Shown here in pieces: positions 49,257 through 58,463 of a stretch of 64,000 nucleotides of DNA. Each line of letters starts with the position of its first letter. Position 1 is the stretch's first letter. Below the pieces are notes generated by a model, which did not search any database, had not been told where the DNA came from, and saw only the letters and a program-made list of their open reading frames with translations. The position numbers and the translations under genes were made by a program. The DNA comes from an uncultured Planctomycetia bacterium (GTDB taxonomy: Bacteria > Omnitrophota > Gorgyraeia > VGKH01 > JBHPFN01), in NCBI GenBank assembly GCA_964406665.1, contig CAYOSQ010000003.1, forward strand, positions 102,641-166,640. The letters are read 5' to 3'.

Positions 49257-50510
49257 ATGAAGAAAATAAGTTTTATAGCGTACATTCTTTTTATCATTTT
49301 ATCGGCATATGCAGGTTTCACCTTGCAAGCAATCGAAGGTGCTGAGAGCTTAACGCTGACAACTTATTATCCTGCTCCTTTTGGAACTTATAAGGCGCTG
49401 AGGCTGTTCCCCGGAGCAACCCTTGGGGGTGCAGAGTGTAATGCAGATACTGAAGGGTTAATGTATTATGACGAAACCGGTACACAGGTAATGTTGTGTC
49501 GTGATACCGGGGCAGGTGTGTTTGCTTGGACACCATTTGGTGGTGGTTTATGGGAAATTTCTCCTGATGAAAATCAGATATATCCTATTGGCTGGGATGT
49601 TCCGCAGGTGGTAGGCGTAGGAACCGATAGCCCAATTGTTTCCGGATATGAAGATAGAGGGACACTCTTTCATGTCAAAAATGGTAGTGTACTTTTTCAG
49701 GGCGAACCTGGCTCAACAGTAGGGCTTGCACCCATGGAAGGTCCAGGAAGCCGGTTGATGTGGATGCCTGGAAAAAAAGGCGCTTTTAGAGCCGGCCATC
49801 TCACTGTAACTAACCACGATAATTGGGATGATGATACTATCGGCGAGACTTCTATAGCATTAGGCGGTGGTCCAGTGGCAAGCGGGGAATATAGCGTTGC
49901 TATCGGGCACGGGGTATTTGCAACAGGCGATAACAGTATTGCTATCGGATCAAGCCAAAGTACGCGAGCCGATTGCCAACAATGTTTAGCAATCGGGCAC
50001 TCAATAACGAATGCGATTGATCGATCTTTGATGATAGGCTTTGGTGGTACACCGGATATTTTTGTCAGTAGTGGGAAGGTAGGTATAAATAGAATAGTTG
50101 CCGCAAGTGGTAATGCATTGGAAGTTGAAGGACAGGCATCAAATACTGCTGGAGGGGTATGGCTTGTAAATTCTGACAGTGCAATAAAAACTGATATCCA
50201 TAATTTAGATAATGCTTCAGAAACTATAAACCAGCTAAGACCGGTTAGCTTTCGCTATATTAAAGAATATGCTGCGCAACATAAATCAATAAAAGATCAT
50301 GACTATTATAATTTTATAGCACAGGATTTTCAGAAGATTTTCCCTGATAATGTCAAGGAAGGCTCAGATGGGTATCTGCAGATAGATACTCATCCGGTTA
50401 CCCCGTATTTAGTTGCTGCGTTTCAAGAATTAAGCAGTAAAGTTGAAAAACTGGCACAGGAGAACAAACAACTGAAGGATATGATTAGTGCTCTGTCATT
50501 ACAAAAGTAG
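49257..50510 (+). CDS. Secreted fibre protein with C-terminal peptidase S74 chaperone domain
   Basis: Signal, LTLTTYYPAP, AFRAG, SIA.G head repeats, SD...K..., LRPV.F, FIAQD, coiled coil; ATG 49257 with AAGGAG. Confidence 0.8.
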   Translation: MKKISFIAYILFIILSAYAGFTLQAIEGAESLTLTTYYPAPFGTYKALRLFPGATLGGAECNADTEGLMYYDETGTQVMLCRDTGAGVFAWTPFGGGLWEISPDENQIYPIGWDVPQVVGVGTDSPIVSGYEDRGTLFHVKNGSVLFQGEPGSTVGLAPMEGPGSRLMWMPGKKGAFRAGHLTVTNHDNWDDDTIGETSIALGGGPVASGEYSVAIGHGVFATGDNSIAIGSSQSTRADCQQCLAIGHSITNAIDRSLMIGFGGTPDIFVSSGKVGINRIVAASGNALEVEGQASNTAGGVWLVNSDSAIKTDIHNLDNASETINQLRPVSFRYIKEYAAQHKSIKDHDYYNFIAQDFQKIFPDNVKEGSDGYLQIDTHPVTPYLVAAFQELSSKVEKLAQENKQLKDMISALSLQK

Positions 50511-50545
50511 ATTAGAATTTACAGAAAGAAAAGAAGGAGGGAGAA

Positions 50546-50935
50546 ATGCAAGATTCAATATTTATTGCCAGGATTATTGGCCCGGTTTTAGTAACTGTTG
50601 CTTTAGGTCTTATGGTAAACCGTAAAACTTACCAGGCAGTTATGAGTGAATATTTTGAGAATGCGGCTTTAGTCTATTTTGGAGGACTAATTTCATTGGT
50701 TATCGGTATTCTTGTAATGTTAAATCATAATATTTGGGTTTCTCAGTGGCCGGTTATCATTACTGTTTTTGGCTGGATGGGGTTTGTTAAGGGAGTATTT
50801 CTTATTATTTCTCCTAATTCAATGGTTAAATTGACTGAGGCTTATGCAAAGAATACAACTTTACTAGTTATTCATTCTATTTTGATACTTGCCCTGGGAA
50901 TATTTTTAACAGCTAAGGGATATTTTATCGTATAA
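50546..50935 (+). CDS. Small 4-TM membrane protein
   Basis: ARIIGP, HNIW..W.VIIT..GW...KG. Confidence 0.75.
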   Translation: MQDSIFIARIIGPVLVTVALGLMVNRKTYQAVMSEYFENAALVYFGGLISLVIGILVMLNHNIWVSQWPVIITVFGWMGFVKGVFLIISPNSMVKLTEAYAKNTTLLVIHSILILALGIFLTAKGYFIV

Positions 50936-50943
50936 ACTTTATA

Positions 50944-51615
50944 ATGCAGAAAGAAAGCGCACAAGATAAAAAAAGATTGCAGTGGCTGACTCCGTCAGCC
51001 ACTGTTTTAGTTGTAGCAAACTTAATTCCTCTTTACGGTGTATTGTTTTTAGGCTGGTCAGTTTTTTCAATTATTTTTCTTTTTTGGTTTGAGAATGTCA
51101 TTGTTGGATTCTTTAATGTATTACGTTTAGCTACAGTTAGAGTTGATCAGCCGTTAAAGAACTTGGCCAAACTATTTTTTATCCCGTTTTTTACAGTTCA
51201 TTACGGGATGTTTACTGCAGTACACGGGATTTTTGTTGTTGCACTTTTTGGTAGAGATGTTATAGATTCATCCTCGATGTCTTCACTTAATATCGAAATC
51301 TTAAGCACAATATTTAAAGAAAATTATTTACTTTTGGCTGCTGAGTTTCTTTTTATTAGTCATGCGTTTTCTTTCTTTTATAATTATCTTCATAAAGGGG
51401 AATATCGTCGTAGCTCTTTAGAGAAGCTCATGGGTCAGCCGTATAAAAGGATTGTGGTTTTACATCTGGCGATTATTTTTGGTGGATTTTTACTTATGGC
51501 ACTTAAAGCCCCAATTGCAGGACTTATTCTGTTTATAGTCTTAAAGATATTTATGGATGTTCTTTCACACCTTAAGGAACATCGACAGGTGGCAGATAAA
51601 AAGGAGAATGTATGA
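50944..51615 (+). CDS. DUF6498-like membrane protein
   Basis: NL.PL.GVLF.GW, FW.EN, FF.VHYG.F, PY.RIVVLH. Confidence 0.78.
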   Translation: MQKESAQDKKRLQWLTPSATVLVVANLIPLYGVLFLGWSVFSIIFLFWFENVIVGFFNVLRLATVRVDQPLKNLAKLFFIPFFTVHYGMFTAVHGIFVVALFGRDVIDSSSMSSLNIEILSTIFKENYLLLAAEFLFISHAFSFFYNYLHKGEYRRSSLEKLMGQPYKRIVVLHLAIIFGGFLLMALKAPIAGLILFIVLKIFMDVLSHLKEHRQVADKKENV

Positions 51616-52202
51616 AATATTCAAAAGTTGTTTTTATGCTTTTATGTTTTGTTTTGTGTTTTGGTGTTTTAGTATCAGCAGAATCAATGCCGGGTTATTC
51701 TGGTGGGGGATTTGGAGATTCACCAAGCAAAGTTATACCTAAATCAATAAAAGGTGCAAAGGTAGTGCCGGGGCCGTTTCAGGTTCAAAAAGTTGAGTTT
51801 AGCACGGTTAATTTGAATAATCAAACTCGTCTGGCCGCTGCAGTCATTTTCAATAAAAATGTAGATGCGTCAACTGTCCAGCAAAACGTAAACATAAGAT
51901 TGCTTAAGAAAGACGAAAACAATTTTTGGCGGGATGCCTCAACTCAAAATAACAACGTAAATATAAGGCCAAATTTCATCACTTGGGTAAGCGGCGCATC
52001 GCTAGAAAGCGGTGTATATAAAATGCATCTGAGGGGAACAATAAAAAGCGCTGGCGGAATATCCCTTGATTGTGATGGTGATGGTAAAGGCGAAGGAGGA
52101 TATCCTCCGCCATATGAGTCACAACTGTATCAGTCGAATGTTATTGAGCTAGAGGAAGCGGATCCGGGCAGGCTGGAAGGTATAATTGGAGATTTCCGTT
52201 AA
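51612..52202 (+). CDS. Secreted Ig-like protein with DxDxDG loop
   Basis: Signal peptide, FNKNVD.STV, G.Y.M.L, LDCDGDG. Confidence 0.6.
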   Translation: MKYSKVVFMLLCFVLCFGVLVSAESMPGYSGGGFGDSPSKVIPKSIKGAKVVPGPFQVQKVEFSTVNLNNQTRLAAAVIFNKNVDASTVQQNVNIRLLKKDENNFWRDASTQNNNVNIRPNFITWVSGASLESGVYKMHLRGTIKSAGGISLDCDGDGKGEGGYPPPYESQLYQSNVIELEEADPGRLEGIIGDFR

Positions 52203-52234
52203 GAAAACTCAAAAAAGAATAGGAGCAGGAAATC

Positions 52235-53470
52235 ATGATTAAAAAGATTGCTATTAGAATTATTTTTGTTTTATTATTTTTATTTGCCCTGCCTATTTTT
52301 CAGGGCACTTTTTTTGATATTAATTATTTTACAGGAGAAGGCTTTTGCCAACCTAAAACAGCAAGTGAAAAGTGCCCAGATAATTATGTGCCTGGTACCT
52401 GTTCGCCGAATCCTTGCAAGGAGCTTGAGAGCTGTAGTACAAGAGCATCGCATCCGCAATGTCATATGTGTACTGGTCAGGGTTGTCCTGCTAGTTATTC
52501 TAAGGGTAGGTGTACCTCTGATTCATGCAGCGAGAATGAAGTCTGCCAGCCGGATAATAGCAGGAAATGCCATAGATGTATGCCTAAGCCAGATTGGGAA
52601 GATTGCCCGGATGGTTATGCGCCCGGGACATGTTCGCCTAATCCTTGTCAACAGTACGCAAGTTGTGGCACAAGAGCATCACACCCGTTGTGCCATATGT
52701 GTACAGGTCAGGGATGTCCTACGGGGTATTCCAAGGGAAGATGTACATCTGAATCATGCAGTGAAGGCGAAACCTGTCAAGCAGATAAAAGCGGTAAGTG
52801 TCATAGATGTAGGCCTAAGCCAGGCTGGGAAAATTGCCCGGATGGTTATGCGCCCGGGACATGTTCGCCTAATCCTTGTCAACAGTACGCAAGTTGTAGC
52901 ACAAGAGCATCACATCCGTTGTGCCATATGTGTACAGGTCAAGGTTGTCCTGATGGTTTTCAAAAAGGGAGTTGTACATCTCAAACATGCAGCGAAGATG
53001 AAACCTGTCAATCTGATAAGAGTGGAAAATGTTATAGATGCATGCCTAAACCAGAGAAGGAAAAATGCCCGGATGGATATGTACCGGGGACATGCTCGCC
53101 TAATCCCTGTGAGTTAGGAGATAGCTGCAGCACCAGAGCATCACATCCGCTGTGCCATAAATGTAACTCTCGCTGTCCGGATGGATATTCGCTTGGGAAA
53201 TGTTCGCCCAATCCCTGCGAGCGAGGTCAAAGTTGCAGTACATTAGCTAAGTATCCATGTTATATGTGTAGAAATGCGATGGCCGTACAGGATGATGGGT
53301 TAAAGGTACAAAAGGCGCTTGGTGTGTTTGAAAAACGAGATAAAAAAAGAATAATCGTACCGGTTCCAGGCTATCAACATCAGACTCAAGGAGAAGAGTC
53401 TATGATTCCTGGCGTTACCACAACACCTAAGGCAGAAGACAAGCCGACTTGTCCAAGCTCTTCTCATTGA
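52235..53470 (+). CDS. Secreted Cys-rich tandem repeat protein
   Basis: N-terminal hydrophobic segment, eight 6-Cys modules. Confidence 0.8.
   Translation: MIKKIAIRIIFVLLFLFALPIFQGTFFDINYFTGEGFCQPKTASEKCPDNYVPGTCSPNPCKELESCSTRASHPQCHMCTGQGCPASYSKGRCTSDSCSENEVCQPDNSRKCHRCMPKPDWEDCPDGYAPGTCSPNPCQQYASCGTRASHPLCHMCTGQGCPTGYSKGRCTSESCSEGETCQADKSGKCHRCRPKPGWENCPDGYAPGTCSPNPCQQYASCSTRASHPLCHMCTGQGCPDGFQKGSCTSQTCSEDETCQSDKSGKCYRCMPKPEKEKCPDGYVPGTCSPNPCELGDSCSTRASHPLCHKCNSRCPDGYSLGKCSPNPCERGQSCSTLAKYPCYMCRNAMAVQDDGLKVQKALGVFEKRDKKRIIVPVPGYQHQTQGEESMIPGVTTTPKAEDKPTCPSSSH
52373..53165 (+). repeat. 231-bp intragenic tandem repeat (~3.4 units)
   Basis: Unit starts (TGC CCN GAT) at 52373, 52604, 52835, 53066; first halves of units 2 and 3 nearly identical. 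Confidence 0.92.
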
Positions 53471-53599
53471 GTTTCTGCCCGCAGATTTTTAAACTAGGGC
53501 GGACTGGAATTTCACTCGAGGTAATCTAGGGCGAAATTCCTGGGACATGCATTATTTGAAAAGGGGAAGGCTTGTGAAGCGGAAGGGAATGAGGTATAT

Positions 53600-54400
53600 A
53601 TGACGATAAAACTAATACTTATTTTACTATGTTGTATGTTAATAGGCTGCGTGAGTTTTTGTTTTGCTGAAACCACGGAAGAAATTGAAGAATATTTTCA
53701 GCAAGGCTTACAATTAGGTCAATCGGGAATGTTGGATGCGGCAATACAGGAATTTAAGAAAGTTGTCTCAGTTGATCCGGCCAATTTAGATTTTACTTAC
53801 TATTTTCAAACATATAGTGAATCATATTATAACATTGGGCTGCTTTATGCAAAAAAAGAGCAGTGGGAGGATTCTATAGTTGCCTACGAAAAGGCGCTTA
53901 AGATTCATCCCCAGCATAAGAGAGCTCTTTATTATCTTTCATTTTCTTATATGGCTTCAGGTGAAATCGCAAAGGCATTGGATTATTATGATAAAGCTAA
54001 GGCTTCAGGATTCCTAGAGGGCGCTGCAGGGGCAGATTTTGTTGGTGAGCATCTTAAAAATTATACAAAAAGAGAATTTGATATTGAGTATAAACCTCTT
54101 TTAAATGACGAGGATGATAAGATTACTATTAGAATTAAAGGTAATCCTATTGGGGATAATGAATTGATTAAAGATACTATTACAGGTCTTGAGAAGCAGG
54201 AATTAATTAATAGAAGAAGCCTGTTTATTTTCGCAGAAGTGGAATTTATTCGATTCAAAGAAAATGGAACTATTGCCGTAGAGAAATGGTCTGTAACCGG
54301 GAAAGAAGGATTAAAAGAGTATTGGGTTAGCTCTGATTCTACGCCGCCGGAAGGTTTTCCATTTAAAATTATGGTAAAAGTTTCAGAACATGAGCTGTAA
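53600..54400 (+). CDS. Secreted TPR protein
   Basis: Signal peptide, 3 TPR-like repeats. Confidence 0.78.
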   Translation: MTIKLILILLCCMLIGCVSFCFAETTEEIEEYFQQGLQLGQSGMLDAAIQEFKKVVSVDPANLDFTYYFQTYSESYYNIGLLYAKKEQWEDSIVAYEKALKIHPQHKRALYYLSFSYMASGEIAKALDYYDKAKASGFLEGAAGADFVGEHLKNYTKREFDIEYKPLLNDEDDKITIRIKGNPIGDNELIKDTITGLEKQELINRRSLFIFAEVEFIRFKENGTIAVEKWSVTGKEGLKEYWVSSDSTPPEGFPFKIMVKVSEHEL

Positions 54401-54452
54401 GTGCTTTATGTAATGGTAAAACGTTAAGTAAAGAGTTTAGGATTTAGGATTT

Positions 54453-55865
54453 TTAGAATCTGATGGGGAAGTTTACTTCGAGAGTAAAGTCTGGCGCGTC
54501 TTCGGTAAGTCCGTAACCCGCAGTAATCTGCAAAGGTATTTTTCGATTAATCAGCCAAGAAACTCCGGTTTTAAAATTCGCTACATTAGTAAATGAGCCA
54601 GCGACCATATTATCATCCACTTCCATCTTTTGAGTAACATGTTGCTCTAACCCAAAATTAAGACTCAGTTGATAATTTAAGGAAAACGCAAGGCCCAAAC
54701 CATAGCTAATGGTATCTCCTGGGTTGACCTTGCCGTAATCATTGATATCTCTGGGAATATTCCAGGTATAGCCTAAGTTACCAAAAAGGATTGCAGGGTC
54801 AGCCGATTTTACCCAGGTTAGCCCTGCCTTGGTTGCCCAGTGTCCGGTTCCAACTCCGATAGATTCTCCGTAAGGTGATTCTCCGGTGTCTGACTTTACA
54901 GTCAATCCCGCGATCAAATCAGGCTTGCCGCCTTCCTCATGCATAAACTGATAAAATAGACCGGTTTCGATATCGCCTAGGCCACCTTTAGAGCGCGATG
55001 ATTCGGAGCCGTCCGATGATGTAACGCGTTCGTGTTGTCCTCTTAAGGGAACCCTCAAGTCCCATTGAAGATTGTCGGTTAATCCATAATGAGAGGTAAA
55101 TGTTTGAATAAAGATATCCCTTTTAACTGTCTCTGAGGATATTTCTCCAATAACCAGGACCGGTAAGATAGTAACTCCTTGGATAGAAATGTTGTTTGCT
55201 GAGAGGTGGGCATAAGTAAATTCAGAGTCAATTTTCCAATTTCCTTTGGGAAGCAGAACGCCACCGGTTCTAAACAGGGTTCTTTGTATAGTAACTTCTT
55301 TCTTGACTAAAGATTCAGGATCACCGGTAAACTCTGGTGCTGCGTCAGGATCGATATCTTCATCTCCCGGACCAGCGGCAACAATATTCTCAGCTTCACT
55401 GTCTTTAAGTTTTATTGGTTGATCTAATGTTTTTACGTATTCGCTAGCTACGGGTTCAGGTGATTTTGCACTTGCAGCGATATTTACTGACTCTACAGCA
55501 GAAATCTTCGGCGGCACTTTGGCTAAGGCAGATTCTTCGGTAATTAAAGTGAAATCATCACTGATAGACTCATTACCAAAAATATCTACACTGATTACAC
55601 GGTAGTGAATAGTAGTTGTAGCAGGTAAGTTATTAATTACAATGGTATGTCTAGTAACTAAGGCTGGATCTTCAGCGGTTTTGCTTCCAAAGGTGGTATC
55701 GCTTCCGTATTCGACTTGTGAAGTGGAAGGTTTATCTGTTTCCCAAACAATAGTTGCAGAATAGGTTTCCGGTTGAGCCTGCGCTGTTTGATCTTCTGAG
55801 GCTATGGTTACTTTTGCGCTTAAACAAATGAGAGCTACTAAAATTATACAGCTGAGTTTTTTCAT
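54453..55865 (-). CDS. fapF: FapF-like outer-membrane amyloid export barrel with N-terminal FN3-like domain
   Basis: GLGDI, G.G.W, VKSADPAILFG, GDTISYGLGLAFSLN, GLTEDAPDFTL...FPIRF; start moved to ATG 55865. Confidence 0.75.
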   Translation of the reverse strand: MKKLSCIILVALICLSAKVTIASEDQTAQAQPETYSATIVWETDKPSTSQVEYGSDTTFGSKTAEDPALVTRHTIVINNLPATTTIHYRVISVDIFGNESISDDFTLITEESALAKVPPKISAVESVNIAASAKSPEPVASEYVKTLDQPIKLKDSEAENIVAAGPGDEDIDPDAAPEFTGDPESLVKKEVTIQRTLFRTGGVLLPKGNWKIDSEFTYAHLSANNISIQGVTILPVLVIGEISSETVKRDIFIQTFTSHYGLTDNLQWDLRVPLRGQHERVTSSDGSESSRSKGGLGDIETGLFYQFMHEEGGKPDLIAGLTVKSDTGESPYGESIGVGTGHWATKAGLTWVKSADPAILFGNLGYTWNIPRDINDYGKVNPGDTISYGLGLAFSLNYQLSLNFGLEQHVTQKMEVDDNMVAGSFTNVANFKTGVSWLINRKIPLQITAGYGLTEDAPDFTLEVNFPIRF

Positions 55866-55930
55866 GGTTCTACTATTGTAGGATAACATATCCGTAAAAT
55901 CAACTTAAAAATTATGTCGTAAAGGGAGAA

Positions 55931-56623
55931 TTAGAATTCCCCGGATTTGTAAATAATGCCCATCGAACGTATTCCGAGGAGTCGTTTGACCATTGTTGGA
56001 TCGGAGAAGATTGCTTTTTCTTCTTCGCTAAGCTGAAGAGGAGAGTTTTCATTAACTACGACGTCTGACTTTGCAAGTACCAAGCCAACCCCGTCTTGCC
56101 AAACTTTTAAGAAGCGATCAATCTTCATAGTCATATTACCCATTGAGGGATCAGCCAAGAAAACGCGGCCTCCTTTTGCACCGCGGAAGATAACAAAATG
56201 AGCGTAATCCGTTATATTAACCGGTATAAGTACAGGTTTATCAAGGTTAGTGAGAAATTCAAAATCCATCCTGTAGCCTATTACATCATATCCTTTGTAT
56301 TTGGCAAAATTCTTCAGATCTAATAGAGAAAAGCCTTTGCGTTGTCTTAGTTTCTTCAGATCACTGGCAAGGACCAAAGACTTGATGATTTCTTCTTCGC
56401 TGATATCATCCTGGAAATAAAAGCTTAGGAGTGTTGCCAGAGATGCCGGCCCGCAAGAATAATCAAACGATTGTTTAACTACATTTTCTTCACGTATATC
56501 TTTGAGCGATTTGACTTCTTTATTAATGCCGGGTCCGAAGTTAACTGAGAGTGCTTCTGTGCTGGTGCAAAGACCGCATAGTGCAAACGCAAAAACAGAA
56601 AGGATAATAGTAATTTGTTTCAT
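55931..56623 (-). CDS. fapD: Secreted stand-alone C39 peptidase (FapD-like)
   Basis: Signal peptide, QSFDYSCGPASLATLL, GFSLLDLK, HFVIFRG, LADPSMGN. Confidence 0.85.
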   Translation of the reverse strand: MKQITIILSVFAFALCGLCTSTEALSVNFGPGINKEVKSLKDIREENVVKQSFDYSCGPASLATLLSFYFQDDISEEEIIKSLVLASDLKKLRQRKGFSLLDLKNFAKYKGYDVIGYRMDFEFLTNLDKPVLIPVNITDYAHFVIFRGAKGGRVFLADPSMGNMTMKIDRFLKVWQDGVGLVLAKSDVVVNENSPLQLSEEEKAIFSDPTMVKRLLGIRSMGIIYKSGEF

Positions 56624-57537
56624 TATAGGTTATTTATGATATTAGAAATGTTTATGTTTTCTATGTTAACTCCACTTAAGGAGTTTAATGAACTTCCAAT
56701 GACTGATAAAATTGTGATGTTATTCTGTATAATTCCGATTGAGTTTGTCACTGATTCGGCATTGATGGTGATGTTTAGATTGCCTTTATTAAGTACAAAA
56801 CTACCAACCTGCGCACCTCCGTCTACACCGTTTACGTTATTGATAACCGTGGCTTCGTTGGTGTTGCTTATTGTGACGTTATCGATTATCCCATTGCGTG
56901 CAATAGCAATTGCTATATTGTTCTGAGCAACTAAAGCAGCATTGCCTAAATTAAATACCTCTGCAATGTTCGAATTGATGATTGAGCTATTAAGTACACT
57001 TCCTTCCAGTGCAACGAGTGCTGCAATATTGTACTGTGAGGCTACTGAAGAGTTGGAAGCACTCACTAGTCCTGAGAAGAAATTAAGGCCTCCAGAAAAA
57101 AGTGAGGTTTGGGTGATATTAGCCCCTGCGTCTGTTGAACCATTACTCAAGTTGGTAATATCGGCGTAGTTGGAATTTTCAATGCTTACACCATCAACAT
57201 CGCCATTTCTGGCAAAGCCCACTGCAATATTTCCCTGTCCAACGATACTGGAATTTCCAACATTAAATACCTCAGCAAAATTAGAATTAACAATAGAGCT
57301 GTTAAGTAATCCGCCATTGAGAACAAGGAGGGCACCAATATTACCTTGGGATACAACAGTGGATGCACCTGAGGAGATGGTGTTAATAGATATATTTAGT
57401 CCACCTAATCCTTGGGCAGATATTTCATCTAGCTCTTGATCAGAAAGAATAACCGCATGACCTCTTTGATCTGCGTATGAAATTGGAACACAGCTAAAGG
57501 TAAAAATAATAACTAAGATGAGTGAAAATATTCGCAT
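56623..57537 (-). CDS. Putative amyloid subunit/nucleator with five ~37-aa N/Q/S-rich repeats
   Basis: Signal, LSDQELDEISAQG, repeats S...Q.NI.....G.....I.NSN.A.V.N. Confidence 0.7.
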   Translation of the reverse strand: MRIFSLILVIIFTFSCVPISYADQRGHAVILSDQELDEISAQGLGGLNISINTISSGASTVVSQGNIGALLVLNGGLLNSSIVNSNFAEVFNVGNSSIVGQGNIAVGFARNGDVDGVSIENSNYADITNLSNGSTDAGANITQTSLFSGGLNFFSGLVSASNSSVASQYNIAALVALEGSVLNSSIINSNIAEVFNLGNAALVAQNNIAIAIARNGIIDNVTISNTNEATVINNVNGVDGGAQVGSFVLNKGNLNITINAESVTNSIGIIQNNITILSVIGSSLNSLSGVNIENINISNIINNL

Positions 57538-57600
57538 TCGTTTCCTATGTATAACTTTTTTTGATAGTTTCTACTTAAATTTTTATTTTTTTTCGTGGGT

Positions 57601-57633
57601 TAAAGGAGGGGACATGCAAGAGGCGTCCCCTCC
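57601..57633 (-). terminator. Strong intergenic hairpin (partial terminator/mRNA stabiliser)
   Basis: GGAGGGGAC/GTCCCCTCC 9-bp stem followed on minus strand by only TTTA. Confidence 0.7.
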
Positions 57634-57653
57634 CGTATGTTAATCCTAATGAA

Positions 57654-58247
57654 TTAAAGCTGATCTATTATGTATAGAGCAGCATCATTAGAGATATTTC
57701 CCACAACTGCACAATTGCTGTTTGTAACCGAAGAGTCACCAACTCCGTTAGAACCAACAATTGCTCCAATGTTGCTCTGTGCTGCAACCGCTGATTTAGA
57801 TAATCCTAAATCATTGATTGAACCACCATCTTCGCCAACTTCAATACCTACTGTTTCTACGTCAGCATAACCTTCGCCCCATTTTTCATAGACGTTGATT
57901 ACGAGAGCTCCATTGTTATTTTCAACTGAAGAGCTTGTTACATCGCCACCTAAAGAAGCGATTGCTCCAATATTGCTCTGTGCTGCTGCAGCGGAATTTC
58001 CATCGATATTTGCTACGAGTGCCATGTTGTTGTTAATAACTTCAGTAGACCAGATGGGTCCTCCAGCAGCAATCGCACCTATATTGCTTTGAGTAACTAT
58101 TGCTGAGTTACCAGCGTCGACATCGTTAAGATTGACGTCAATAGCTCCTGCAGTAATTCCAGCGAGTTCAGCATCTGTCATTACTGTTTCTGCAAATACA
58201 GGTACGCACAGCGCTACTACAACCAATGCGAGTAATAATGATTTCAT
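57654..58247 (-). CDS. Putative major amyloid subunit with three ~37-aa repeats
   Basis: GGAGGTG SD, ATG 58247, signal VFA, MTDAELAGITAG, 3x QSNIGAI...N.N.A.V.N. Confidence 0.75.
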   Translation of the reverse strand: MKSLLLALVVVALCVPVFAETVMTDAELAGITAGAIDVNLNDVDAGNSAIVTQSNIGAIAAGGPIWSTEVINNNMALVANIDGNSAAAAQSNIGAIASLGGDVTSSSVENNNGALVINVYEKWGEGYADVETVGIEVGEDGGSINDLGLSKSAVAAQSNIGAIVGSNGVGDSSVTNSNCAVVGNISNDAALYIIDQL

Positions 58248-58463
58248 GTATTTCACCTCCCTTCAAAGAATTTTAAAAGGTTATTTTTTATTACTTTATT
58301 ATTTGTAAAGGGTTTTGTTTCAGATAAAAAAGGTAAGACTTCGTGGCAAGATGAAACTAAAACTGTAGTTTTCTTAATTCGCATACTGATTCTTTTAAAT
58401 TGTTTAGGTTGGGTTGCTACTTTTTAAAACATTTTAACTAATCAGGTGTAACAAAGTAAAGAC

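Noticed and set aside
49257-50510. Prophage tail gene
   Set aside because: Has a Sec-type signal peptide and no other phage genes nearby
52248-53117. 289-aa overlapping ORF in another frame
   Set aside because: Shadow of the Cys-repeat gene; the repeat keeps the frame open; no SD or motif
52373-53165. CRISPR array
   Set aside because: 231-bp coding tandem repeat with no unique spacers and no cas operon
52373-53270. Multiheme cytochrome c from repeated CHMC/CHRC
   Set aside because: Motifs are CxxC without the following His (not CxxCH)
53471-53560. Intergenic hairpins (GGAATTTC...GAAATTCC) as an ncRNA
   Set aside because: Single copy, imperfect, no family features; could be a terminator or repeat remnant but not supportable
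56615-58092. Several plus-strand ORFs over the amyloid genes
   Set aside because: Antisense shadows caused by biased N/S/I/A codon content
55931-58247. Bacteriocin/RiPP cluster (C39 peptidase plus GG-like leaders)
   Set aside because: Peptidase is stand-alone with a Sec signal, no ABC transporter or modifying enzymes, substrates are long repeat proteins and a FapF-like barrel is adjacent
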